The translations under genes and the position numbers were made by a program. 64,000 nucleotides of DNA, taken from Alphaproteobacteria bacterium. Its GTDB lineage: Bacteria; Pseudomonadota; Alphaproteobacteria; SP197. The DNA is taken from the NCBI GenBank assembly GCA_965228895.1, contig OZ245842.1:3008001-3072000 (forward strand), given 5' to 3'. Numbering within the stretch: the first letter of the stretch is position 1; every line of letters begins with the position of its first letter. Shown here piece by piece: positions 40,861 through 49,778 of this stretch. Under the pieces are notes generated by a model, which was not told the origin of the DNA, did no database searches, and was given only the letters and a program-made list of their open reading frames with translations.

Positions 40861-42006
40861 CTAGTCCCGCAGGAGGTCGCGGGCGATGACCAGGTTCTGG
40901 ATCTCGTTGGCGCCGTCGAGCCATTCGGCCATCTTGGCGGTGGCCAGATGGCGGGCCAGCGGGTGGCCGGCGTCGTGGCGGAAACCGACCGCGCCCATGA
41001 CCTGCATGAGTTGGGCGATGTTGCGCACCGCCGCCCGGCTGCCGAACTTCTTGGCGTGGGCAGCGGCAACGGTCGCGTTCTCGCCGGCGTCGAACAGGTC
41101 CGCCGCATGGCCGGTCAAGAGCCGCGTCGCCTCCAGATCCGTCGCCGCGTCGGCGAGTTGCCATTGCACGCCCTGGAAATCCGCGACTGTCTGACCGAAC
41201 GCCGCACGGTCGCGGGTATAGGCCAGGGCCGCGTCCAGGCTGGTCGCCATCATGCCGGCCGCCATCGCGCCGACGCCGATGCGCGCGATATCGATGCCGC
41301 GCATGGCGCCCTTGAAGGCGACCTCGGGCTCCAGCAGCAGCGCGTCGGGACCCAGTTTCACCCCGTCGAACCGCACGCCACAGGTGCCGAGCGCGTGACC
41401 GCTTAAGACATGATAGGCGGGTTGGCGGACAACGCCGGGCAAGTCCGCATCGACCAGGAAACCGGCGATGCCGCGCCAGCCCCGCGCCGGATCGGTCTGG
41501 GCGAACACCAGCATGACACCGGCAACCGCGCCGTTGGAGACCCAGGCTTTTTCGCCGTCGATCACCCAGCCGTCGCCATAAGCCCGGGCGCTGGTGGTGA
41601 TTGCGGTGGCATCGCTGCCACCCGCCGGTTCGGTCAGCAGGAAGGCGCCGATCACCTGGCCCGCCAGCATGGCGTCCAGATAACGCTCAACCTGGGCCGG
41701 AGAACCGTTGCGAGCCAGGTTTCCTGCGAGATTGCCGTGGACCTTGAACGCGAAGGCCAACGCCATGTCAGCGCCGGCCAAGACCTCATCGATCGCCGCG
41801 GTTTGTTTGAGGCCGAGGCCGTGGCCGCCGGCCTCCTGCGGCACCATCAGGCCCAGCAGGCCGGCCTTGGCGGCGGTCTTGAACAACTCGACCGGCATGC
41901 GCCGCTCCTGCTCCCACCCCGCGGCCGCTTCGACCACGTGGTCGGCCACGAAACGGCGCGCCGCGTTAACCAATTCGCGGTCTCGGTCACCTGATTGAAC
42001 GGCCAT
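40861..42006 (-). CDS. Acyl-CoA dehydrogenase family protein
   Basis: LLTEPAGGSDA, GEKAWVSNG, RAAFGQ...FQGVQWQLAD, DGANEIQ. Confidence 0.92.
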   Translation of the reverse strand: MAVQSGDRDRELVNAARRFVADHVVEAAAGWEQERRMPVELFKTAAKAGLLGLMVPQEAGGHGLGLKQTAAIDEVLAGADMALAFAFKVHGNLAGNLARNGSPAQVERYLDAMLAGQVIGAFLLTEPAGGSDATAITTSARAYGDGWVIDGEKAWVSNGAVAGVMLVFAQTDPARGWRGIAGFLVDADLPGVVRQPAYHVLSGHALGTCGVRFDGVKLGPDALLLEPEVAFKGAMRGIDIARIGVGAMAAGMMATSLDAALAYTRDRAAFGQTVADFQGVQWQLADAATDLEATRLLTGHAADLFDAGENATVAAAHAKKFGSRAAVRNIAQLMQVMGAVGFRHDAGHPLARHLATAKMAEWLDGANEIQNLVIARDLLRD

Positions 42007-42194
42007 GAACTCCTCTTAGAGGTGCAATTTTATCCACAAGATGTGCGCGCCATCACGACAAGCATACCCTATCTCGATAGATCCATTGACATCAGGGCCT
42101 TAGAAGACGACAACCGTTGCCGATGAAGTTGCTCGCCGACATCGCTGACCGTCACCTGATGAACCAGCGACAAGCAAAGGCCGACATATCAGAC

Positions 42195-43877
42195 ATGACG
42201 TTCCCGAACGACCCATCGAGCCGCGCCCCTAGCCAGATTGGCCAGACCTGCGGAAGGCTCGCCGGGGCATGTCTGCTGGCTGTCGGCCTGGCCTTCGCGG
42301 CCACAGGCCCCTCGCATGCCATCATCAACGGTGCCGACCAAGGCCAGACCCAGACCGACGGGCTGGTGCGCGACATCCAAGACGAGCTGCGCCGGCTGGG
42401 GTTCTACGCCGGTCCCGTCGATGGCATCCTCGGGCCCATGACCAACCAGGCGATCAGCGAGGTGCAGTTGGCCAGCGGCTGGCCGGTCGACGGCCTGCCG
42501 AGCCGTGAACTGCTGGATCACCTTTATAGTCAGCAGGACAAGGCCCAGGCCCTGCTGGATCACCTGGAAAGCAACCGGGTCGAGCAGATCGACGACGCTC
42601 GCGAGATGCTGGCGGCCAGCGAAGCGACCCAGGATCTGCTGTCGCCGGTGCTGGGCGGACCGTTCCTGGATAGCGTCGCCGAAGAAAACTGCGCCAACGA
42701 GCCGACGACCGCCTGCCTGCTGGATCACGCCATCGCCGCGGCGCGCGCGATGAACGATGTGGAGCGCCGCAGCTTCGCATTCCTGCAGATCGCCGAAGTT
42801 CAGGTCGCCATGGGCCAGGTCGAGGCGGCGCGCCAGACGCTCCGACGCATCCGCGATCCCCGTTACATCATTAGCGCGCTTGACGTGCTCGCCCTGGGTC
42901 TGAGTCATCAGGGCCGCTACGACGAAGCGCTTGAGCTGATCGACGTTGTGCCAATCGTGCGCATCAAGCTTGCCGGGCTGGACGCCGTTGCCCGCGCCGC
43001 GCACGAAGCCGGAGCCAATGCGATCGTCAGCCGAGCTGTTGCCGAAGCCGAGCAGACGATCGAAAGCGACGAAGGTGCCGCGATCAATCCGTGGCGTCTG
43101 ATCGAGTTTGCCCAGATGCTGCAGGCCGTCGACCGGATCGACGACGCCCAGGCGATGTTGGACCGCGCATCCGCCGCGACCCTCGCGGTTACCGAAGTCG
43201 AAGCGCGCGACCGCATCACGCCGCAGATCGTCACGACACTCCTGATGGTCGACCGCTTGGAAACGGCGCAACAGTTGACGGCGGCCATCCGCACCCCCGA
43301 TCACCGCGCCTTGGCCGAACTGGCCTTGGTGCGCTACCTGGTCGATCACGGCGACTACGCGGGCGCCCATCAGGTCTCCGCGACGATCGTGCCGGCCGAG
43401 TACCGCAGCCTGGCGCTTGCCGCCAGCGCCAGCGGACAGGACAACATGGCCGCCCAGACCATCTTGACCGAGGCCCTGGAAGCCGCGCGCGAGATCCCAT
43501 TCAAGCGCCGCCGCGACGAGGCCTATGCGGTCATCGCCCAAGGCCAGGCCGCACTCGGCAACAACGATGCCGCGCTGGAAACTGCCGAACTGATCGAAGA
43601 TGACGCTCTGAAGGCCGGCATCCTGTTCGCCATGGCCGACGACAACGCGCCGCTCGCTCTTGCCGCGCGCCGCGCTCTCGACGACGTCAACCAAGCGTAC
43701 CGCCGCTCCTTGTTGCAGCTTCACCTGGCTGTCGAGCTGGCCGACGCAGGCGACCAGACCGCCGCCGATGACAGCCTGGACGATGCCGTCGCCAGCGCCT
43801 TTGCAGTGGCATCCGATGCCGAACGCGCCCTGGCGCTGGCCCATTCCGCCGAGACGCTGGCCGCACTCCACCGCTAG
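42195..43877 (+). CDS. Secreted protein with N-terminal peptidoglycan-binding domain and TPR-like helical repeats
   Basis: Signal peptide, IQDELRRLGFYAGPVDGILGPMT, then repeated helical units; start uncertain (42117-42195). Confidence 0.75.
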   Translation: MTFPNDPSSRAPSQIGQTCGRLAGACLLAVGLAFAATGPSHAIINGADQGQTQTDGLVRDIQDELRRLGFYAGPVDGILGPMTNQAISEVQLASGWPVDGLPSRELLDHLYSQQDKAQALLDHLESNRVEQIDDAREMLAASEATQDLLSPVLGGPFLDSVAEENCANEPTTACLLDHAIAAARAMNDVERRSFAFLQIAEVQVAMGQVEAARQTLRRIRDPRYIISALDVLALGLSHQGRYDEALELIDVVPIVRIKLAGLDAVARAAHEAGANAIVSRAVAEAEQTIESDEGAAINPWRLIEFAQMLQAVDRIDDAQAMLDRASAATLAVTEVEARDRITPQIVTTLLMVDRLETAQQLTAAIRTPDHRALAELALVRYLVDHGDYAGAHQVSATIVPAEYRSLALAASASGQDNMAAQTILTEALEAAREIPFKRRRDEAYAVIAQGQAALGNNDAALETAELIEDDALKAGILFAMADDNAPLALAARRALDDVNQAYRRSLLQLHLAVELADAGDQTAADDSLDDAVASAFAVASDAERALALAHSAETLAALHR

Positions 43878-44003
43878 ACCGCGGTCTCTCACCTCTAAAC
43901 TAAACGTCGCGCCTTAACGCTCCCCGTTATCTGCACGGCCTCGCAATCGTTAGGGATTTTTGCTTTAATCGAACGATGAACTGAACTCAATTCATCGTTC
44001 GCC

Positions 44004-44930
44004 ATGGCACCCAGGCTTGGAATCAACCATCTACAGATGCTGACGGCCATCGTCGAGACCGGCACGGTCGCGGAAGCCGCACAGCTCTTGGGCGTGACAC
44101 CGTCCGCGCTGAGCCACAGGATCCGCGAAGCCGAGCGGCGCCTGGATCTCGCCCTCTTCACGCGGCTCGGCCGTCGCCTGCGCCTGACCCCGGCGGGCGA
44201 ACTGCTGCATCAAGCGTCCGTGCGCCTGCTCGACGAGCTGGAACAGGTCGAGACCGCCGCCCAGAAGATGGGGCACGGCATCGAGGCCGTGGTGCGCCTG
44301 GGCATTGCGACCTACAGCAGCTACCACTGGCTGCCGGATTTCCTGAACCGGCTGCACGAGGCCGCACCCGCGATCGAGGTCGAGGTGATGGCGAACGCGG
44401 TCCAGCGGCCGCTCGCCGCGCTACAAGAAGGGGACATCGATCTGGCGGTCGTGCCCGACGTCCTGATCCCGGCCGGCATGACGGGCTTGCCGCTGTTCGA
44501 CGACGAACTGGTCGCCATCATGTCGCCAGAGCACCGCCTGGCGACACGCGAAAGCGTCGAGGCCGCGGACTTCCGCGAGCACGACGTCCTGACCTATAGC
44601 TTCACCAACCTGCCCGGCCACGAACTGGATCTGTTCTGGCGCCCGGCCAACGTGTCGCCACGCCGCATCATTCGTGTTGAGCTGATCGACGCGATCGTCG
44701 ACCTGGTCAAAGCCAATCTGGGCATCGCCATCGTGCAGCGTTGGGCGATCGCACCGCACCTTGAGACCGGTGCCCTTGCCGCCTGCCGCCTGACCGAAAC
44801 AGGCCTCAGCATTCCCTGGAGTGTCGCGCGACGCAGCACGGGTGAGCACGACGACGCCGTCACGACCGTTGCTGAATGTTTGGCCGATTGGAGCCGGGCC
44901 CGCGATGGCGGGTTCGCGGCGAGCAGTTAG
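44004..44930 (+). CDS. LysR-family transcriptional regulator (MetR-like)
   Basis: GTVAEAAQLLGVTPSALSHRIREAE HTH, YHWLP, full substrate-binding domain. Confidence 0.92.
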   Translation: MAPRLGINHLQMLTAIVETGTVAEAAQLLGVTPSALSHRIREAERRLDLALFTRLGRRLRLTPAGELLHQASVRLLDELEQVETAAQKMGHGIEAVVRLGIATYSSYHWLPDFLNRLHEAAPAIEVEVMANAVQRPLAALQEGDIDLAVVPDVLIPAGMTGLPLFDDELVAIMSPEHRLATRESVEAADFREHDVLTYSFTNLPGHELDLFWRPANVSPRRIIRVELIDAIVDLVKANLGIAIVQRWAIAPHLETGALAACRLTETGLSIPWSVARRSTGEHDDAVTTVAECLADWSRARDGGFAASS

Positions 44931-45011
44931 ACGTCATCCGGCCTTCTGCGTTCATGGCCTTCGCTGCTGCCGTCTATAGAATGGGCAGGTAACGCAACGG
45001 AGATGGGCGCC

Positions 45012-46415
45012 ATGGCCGAGAACAGAACCGACGACGTTCGCCGCTATGCAGAAGAGCAGTTCCAGCAGACGCTGAAGCGGTTGAGCGGTTACATCGCCTT
45101 TCCCGCCATTTCGTCCGACCCCGATCACGCCAAGGATGTCGTGGCGCTGGCGCACAAGATCCGCGACGACCTGGAAGCCTTGGGTTTCGATAAGGCGCGT
45201 GTGTTGGAGTTGGACGGCGCGCTGCCCTCGGTCGCCGCCGAGCGCATGGATGGCGGCCCCGGCAAACCGACGGTTCTGATTTACGGTCACATGGATTTGC
45301 AGCCGGTCAAAGGCGAGCCGTGGAACACACCGCCCCATGAGACGGTCGAAATTGACGGCCGGCTGTACGCCCGCGGCTCCGGCGACGATATGGGCGGTTG
45401 GGTCAGCCACCTCGCCGCCATCGAAGCGTGGCTTGCTGTCGTCGGCACGCTGCCAGTCAACGTCAAGCTGATCATCGAGGGTGAAGAGGAGATCGGCTCG
45501 CCCAACCTGGTGGGTTACATGGACGCCTATCCCGACGTGTTCGACGCCGACGTCATGGTGCTGACCGATTGCGACAACCCGTCAACGGAAATTCCCGGGC
45601 TGACGACATCGCTGCGCGGTCTGTTGGAGATGGACGTGACGTGCGAGGCGTTGGAGTCCGATGTGCATTCCGGCATTTGGGGCAACGTCGCACCGGATGT
45701 GTCGACAACTTTGGTCAAGGCATTGGCGCGCCTCGTCGACGATGACGGTCGGTTTGCGCTGGGCCGTGTCGATGTGCCGAAAGCCTGGCGCGACACCGCG
45801 CGCGAGCTGCCGTTCGATGCGGCCACTGTCGAGAAAGGCGCACACATCATCGACGGTGTCACGGCCTTGCCCGAGCGTGGCCGCACGCTCGCCGAATGGG
45901 CGTGGCGGCAATCGGCACTCACCATCCTTTCGACGACCTTGCCTCGGCCAGGACGCGAGAAGAACGCGTTGCGTCATGCGGCGACGGCGTCATTGTCGAT
46001 CCGCGTCGCGCCAGGCCAGGATCCCGACGCGCTCGCGGCGGCAGTCATCGAAACACTGACCGACGACCCGCCCGGCGGCGTCAAGCTCACGGTCAGCGAA
46101 CGTCCGGGCCACGGCGATGCCTGGCTCTATGAACCCAAAGGCCCCGCTTTCGAGGCAGCCGGGCGCGCCTACCGCAAAGCCTGGGGGCACGACCTCATGC
46201 AGATCGGCATCGGCGGGTCGATACCGTTCGTCGCGCTGTTCGCCGAACGCTTCTCTCACCTGCCACTGATCTTGAACGGCGTGCTGGATCCCGCCAGCTC
46301 GATTCACGGCCCCAACGAATCCATGGACCTCGGCGTGTTCAAAAAGGCAATCGCGACGAACGTCTACCTGTTGGCCGAACTTAGCGCGCTGAACGACCTG
46401 ACAGCCGCACCCTGA
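45012..46415 (+). CDS. M20 family dipeptidase/deacylase
   Basis: YGHMDLQP, ARGSGDD, EGEEEIGS, HSG, GGSIP, HGPNES. Confidence 0.9.
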   Translation: MAENRTDDVRRYAEEQFQQTLKRLSGYIAFPAISSDPDHAKDVVALAHKIRDDLEALGFDKARVLELDGALPSVAAERMDGGPGKPTVLIYGHMDLQPVKGEPWNTPPHETVEIDGRLYARGSGDDMGGWVSHLAAIEAWLAVVGTLPVNVKLIIEGEEEIGSPNLVGYMDAYPDVFDADVMVLTDCDNPSTEIPGLTTSLRGLLEMDVTCEALESDVHSGIWGNVAPDVSTTLVKALARLVDDDGRFALGRVDVPKAWRDTARELPFDAATVEKGAHIIDGVTALPERGRTLAEWAWRQSALTILSTTLPRPGREKNALRHAATASLSIRVAPGQDPDALAAAVIETLTDDPPGGVKLTVSERPGHGDAWLYEPKGPAFEAAGRAYRKAWGHDLMQIGIGGSIPFVALFAERFSHLPLILNGVLDPASSIHGPNESMDLGVFKKAIATNVYLLAELSALNDLTAAP

Positions 46416-46563
46416 CAGCGGTTTTGCGCTGTTTGCCGTTATCACCGTGCGTACACCGCTTATCAAGCCACGGTGAAGTCGCCGTGCATGCCGTTGATGT
46501 CGTGATCTCGCCGCTTACGTAGAGGTAGGGACCGGGAATGCTTTAACTGCATGGACCGGCACG

Positions 46564-46683
46564 ATGAACGACAAACACACCACCTCCTCCTTATCCGGAT
46601 GGCGCGAACTGATCGTCTATTGCGGTTTCGCCACCGTGGTTTCCGTCGCCAATGTGGGCGTCGCGATGCTGGTGCTGTTCTAG
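46564..46683 (+). CDS. WREL-motif membrane microprotein 1 (39 aa), unannotated
   Basis: MNDKHTTSSLSGWRELIVYCGFATVVSVANVGVAMLVLF*; paralogous to 47936-48055 and 49594-49707. Confidence 0.8.
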   Translation: MNDKHTTSSLSGWRELIVYCGFATVVSVANVGVAMLVLF

Positions 46684-46728
46684 CAGCGAGCCAGCGTTCT
46701 GCCCCGACCGGCACAAGGAGGCGTACCC

Positions 46729-47766
46729 ATGCCCCGACGAACGATCGTTCTTTTACTGAGATGGTTGCCCGCCGTGTTGGCGACGGGCTGGCTGGCCAGC
46801 TTTATCTGGGACACCGACAGCGGCGGCGCGGTCGAGACCATACCAATCGACCAAGGCGTGGTGCGTGTCTTCGTGACCGGGCCGCGTGGTGACGTTACGG
46901 GCACCGGTCTGGTGGTCGACGGCAACGGCCACGTCGCGACGAACTTCCACGTCATCCAATCGCATCTGGAGAACGGCTGGCCGCTGGGCGTCGGTGAACC
47001 CGGCCGCGGCAGCGACGAGCGGTTGGCCGCGACCGTTGTCGCCGCTTATCAGGGCGAGGACCTCGCCATTCTGCATGTCGAGAATCTCGACACTCTACCT
47101 GTCACTTTTGCCGCACCAACCGATGATGCCTTGGGTAAGGGCGCGGATGTCTTTGCGATTGGCTATCCAGGCGCGGCCGACCGGTTGGGTCCCGCCGATG
47201 ACGCCAGTCTGGCGCCGGGCATTGTCAGCCGCATCTTTGCCGGCCCGTGGTCCGACGGCGGTCCGATGATCGGTATCATCCAGCACACCGCGCCGACCAA
47301 CCCGGGCAACAGCGGCGGTCCGCTGGTTGATGCCTGTGGCCATGTCGTCGGCATCAACTCGCAGCGCGAAGTCAGAATGATTTTAGGTCCAGGCGGTGTA
47401 CCGCTGGTTACCGACCCAATCCAGGGTGTGTTCTACGCATCCGCAGCAGCAACGCTGGTCGAGAAGCTTCGCGATCTCGGCGTGAGCTATGTATCGGCGC
47501 CAGGCATGTGCGGCCCGGTCGGGTCGTCGACCACGCGGGAACCTGCGTTCGGATCGTGGATGGCGGTGTTGTTGATCGCGGCAGCGTCGGGCGCGGTTGC
47601 AATCATGAGACCGAAACCCGGCGTTCGCGTGATGGTCGATTGTGGCGCCTTTGTTGGCGACTGCGCCAAAGCCGTCGCCCGCACCGCCAAACACCTTAAC
47701 GCCGACGACCGCGGCCGCGATGTCGAGATCGTCATGATCCCCGACAGGCGCTCTCCTGACAGATGA
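46729..47766 (+). CDS. Trypsin-like (S1) serine protease with N- and C-terminal hydrophobic segments
   Basis: ATNFHV (His), DLAIL (Asp), NPGNSGGPL (Ser); AGGAGG RBS. Confidence 0.88.
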   Translation: MPRRTIVLLLRWLPAVLATGWLASFIWDTDSGGAVETIPIDQGVVRVFVTGPRGDVTGTGLVVDGNGHVATNFHVIQSHLENGWPLGVGEPGRGSDERLAATVVAAYQGEDLAILHVENLDTLPVTFAAPTDDALGKGADVFAIGYPGAADRLGPADDASLAPGIVSRIFAGPWSDGGPMIGIIQHTAPTNPGNSGGPLVDACGHVVGINSQREVRMILGPGGVPLVTDPIQGVFYASAAATLVEKLRDLGVSYVSAPGMCGPVGSSTTREPAFGSWMAVLLIAAASGAVAIMRPKPGVRVMVDCGAFVGDCAKAVARTAKHLNADDRGRDVEIVMIPDRRSPDR

Positions 47767-47792
47767 CGAAGAGCGGGCCGCTGTTCGCAATC

Positions 47793-47867
47793 GTTGATGG
47801 CGGTCACAAAATGTGGCGAGAACGTGCCGCCAATCCTCGCAGTGACATCAATGTGATGCCGGTCAAT
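47793..47867. promoter_or_regulatory. Two CRP/FNR-family boxes upstream of microprotein 2
   Basis: GTTGA-TGGCGG-TCACA (47793-47808) and TGTGA-TGCCGG-TCAAT (47852-47867). Confidence 0.6.
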
Positions 47868-47935
47868 TGCATCGGAATGGCGCGAATCCTACGTATCACC
47901 CATAGAGCGCGGTGACGGTTAGACGGACAAAATCG

Positions 47936-48055
47936 ATGAACAAGAAAAGCAACAACAAGGGTTCAGGCAACTGGCGGGAGCTGGTGCTTTACACCGGCCT
48001 CGGCACCATGGTTTGTGTCGTCAATGTGGCGCTGTCGTCGCTGCTGCTGTTCTAG
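47936..48055 (+). CDS. WREL-motif membrane microprotein 2 (39 aa), unannotated
   Basis: MNKKSNNKGSGNWRELVLYTGLGTMVCVVNVALSSLLLF*; stop overlaps the convergent gene stop in CTAG. Confidence 0.8.
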   Translation: MNKKSNNKGSGNWRELVLYTGLGTMVCVVNVALSSLLLF

Positions 48056-49215
48056 GCATTCGACGGCCATGGCGCGGTGAGCCATGCCGCGTCCATATCC
48101 GCAGCGCGCGGACAGCCGAGTTCCCCCAGCACGTGCAAGAGTTCCTGACGTAGGATCTCGATCACATGGTCGCCGCCGGCCTCACCCAGCGCCGCGATCG
48201 CGAACATGAAGCTGCGTCCGCTGAACGTGAACTGGGCGCCGCGCGCCAGCCCGCGCACCACATCGAGACCAGTTCTAATCCCGCTATCCAGCATTACCGT
48301 TGTCTTGTCGCCGACCGCCTCGACGATCTCGGGCAGGATGTCGATGGTCGCACGTTCGCCATCGAGCTGCCGGCCACCGTGGTTCGAGACGATGATGCCG
48401 TCGGCGCCCAGGTCGACGACCAGTCGCGCATCGTCGGGATGCTGGATGCCCTTCACGATCAGCGGCCCCTGCCACTGGCGCCTGATGTCGCCGAAGTGCT
48501 CGCGCGACATCGGACCCGTGAACTGACGCCCCAGGAAGGTCACGCTTTCCTTCATGTCCATCTTGTTGTCGACATAGGGCTCGACCGTGCGGAAATACGG
48601 CAAGCCGTGGCGCAGGGTCGCGATCGACCAAGCCGGCGCCAAAGCCGCTTGTACGAAGTTTCGCCAGGTGATGCGCGGCGGGACCGAGAAACCGTTGCGG
48701 ATGTCGCGTGTACGGCGCGCCTGCACCGGCACGTCGATGGTGACGATCATGGCGCCGAAACCGGACGCCTGGGCGCGGCTGATCAGATCCTTTTCGATGG
48801 TTCGGTCGGCCGGCGGATAAAGCTGGAACCACGCGTGATCGCCGCCGATGGCGCCGATTTCCTCCATGACGGCCGTCGAAACCGTGCTGAGCAAATACGG
48901 AATGCCGGCGCGTTTGGCCGCGCGGGCCAGCATCGCTTCGACCCCCGGCCACACCAGACCGGCCTGGCCGATCGGCGCCACGCCAATCGGCAGGGCATAT
49001 CTTGTACCGAAGACGTCCATGGAAAGGTCTGTGTCGCAGACGTCGACGAAAAATCGCGGCGTCATCAAGACCCGATCGAAGGCCTCCCGATTGCGCGCCA
49101 CCAAACGCTCCTGCCCCGAACCGCCGGCCAGATAATCCCAGGCAAACCGCGGGATACGCCGGCAAGCCCGACGCTCCAGGTCGGCGACGGAGGGGTAGCG
49201 CTGCATCAACGTCAT
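48052..49215 (-). CDS. lldD: FMN-dependent alpha-hydroxy acid dehydrogenase (L-lactate dehydrogenase-like)
   Basis: AWDYLAGGS, WFQLY, TIDVP, IVKGI, VSNHGGRQLD, DSGIRTGLDV, GRSF. Confidence 0.88.
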   Translation of the reverse strand: MTLMQRYPSVADLERRACRRIPRFAWDYLAGGSGQERLVARNREAFDRVLMTPRFFVDVCDTDLSMDVFGTRYALPIGVAPIGQAGLVWPGVEAMLARAAKRAGIPYLLSTVSTAVMEEIGAIGGDHAWFQLYPPADRTIEKDLISRAQASGFGAMIVTIDVPVQARRTRDIRNGFSVPPRITWRNFVQAALAPAWSIATLRHGLPYFRTVEPYVDNKMDMKESVTFLGRQFTGPMSREHFGDIRRQWQGPLIVKGIQHPDDARLVVDLGADGIIVSNHGGRQLDGERATIDILPEIVEAVGDKTTVMLDSGIRTGLDVVRGLARGAQFTFSGRSFMFAIAALGEAGGDHVIEILRQELLHVLGELGCPRAADMDAAWLTAPWPSNA

Positions 49216-49234
49216 GGGCGATGTCCCTGAACAA

Positions 49235-49374
49235 CGAGAGCGGATCATGGTTAGGTGGAACCGTTTGACGGTTCCACCTAACCATGTGAATCCACTCTCT
49301 ATCTATGAATAGAGCAGATTCACCCGTCTTGATGCCATCGCGGAGCGATTCCATCAAAACAGGATCTGCTCTAG
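49235..49374 (+). repeat. Double-hairpin interspersed repeat, copy 3
   Basis: TGGTTAGGTGGAACCG-TTTGA-CGGTTCCACCTAACCA plus TAGAGCAGAT...ATCTGCTCTAG. Confidence 0.85.
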
Positions 49375-49507
49375 AGGCCGAGAGGTTAGCCGGGATCGCC
49401 GCTACGAACAGCGGGTCGAACGAATCAAACCGGCCGGACGGCCGCCGACTACTCCGTTAGTAGTATATTAAGGAATTTGGGTTAAGCGTTGATTCGCCAG
49501 CAGAAAG

Positions 49508-49523
49508 TGTGATGGCCATCAAT
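49508..49523. promoter_or_regulatory. CRP/FNR-family box upstream of microprotein 3
   Basis: TGTGA-TGGCCA-TCAAT followed by TG, as at 47852; centre about 78 bp from the ATG versus about 76 bp for microprotein 2. Confidence 0.6.
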
Positions 49524-49593
49524 TGTCTGGCATGTGACTTGCACTAAGGATAGCGGTGACGAAAACTCTTACCGGGCAGGACGGCCCACGGTC

Positions 49594-49707
49594 ATGAAAC
49601 AAAAGAAACAGGGATCGCCGAACTGGCGGGAACTCGCCGTCTACAGCCTGATCGCCACCGGGATCACCGTCGTCAACATCACCATCTCCTCGCTGCTTTT
49701 CTTCTAG
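49594..49707 (+). CDS. WREL-motif membrane microprotein 3 (37 aa), unannotated
   Basis: MKQKKQGSPNWRELAVYSLIATGITVVNITISSLLFF*. Confidence 0.8.
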   Translation: MKQKKQGSPNWRELAVYSLIATGITVVNITISSLLFF

Positions 49708-49778
49708 ACCCCGTCCCTATCTTGTACACGGGCCGGCCGGTCTTGAACCGGCGTGGCACATGACGCGCATCTGATCAT

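Noticed and set aside
42030-42038. DnaA box as a replication origin
   Set aside because: Single box, no cluster, no unwinding element and no origin-associated genes.
42189-43892. Long antisense or alternate-frame ORFs (e.g. 42189-43892 -, 11541-12971 +, 52886-54088 -, 50636-51862 +)
   Set aside because: Shadow frames of clear genes in high-GC DNA, where stop codons are rare; no family motifs.
46470-46520. CRP/FNR box upstream of microprotein 1
   Set aside because: Only half-sites (GGTGA, TTGAT, CGTGA) without a correctly spaced partner.
49468-49485. TTAA...TTAA as a CtrA box
   Set aside because: Spacer is 10 nt rather than the canonical 7.
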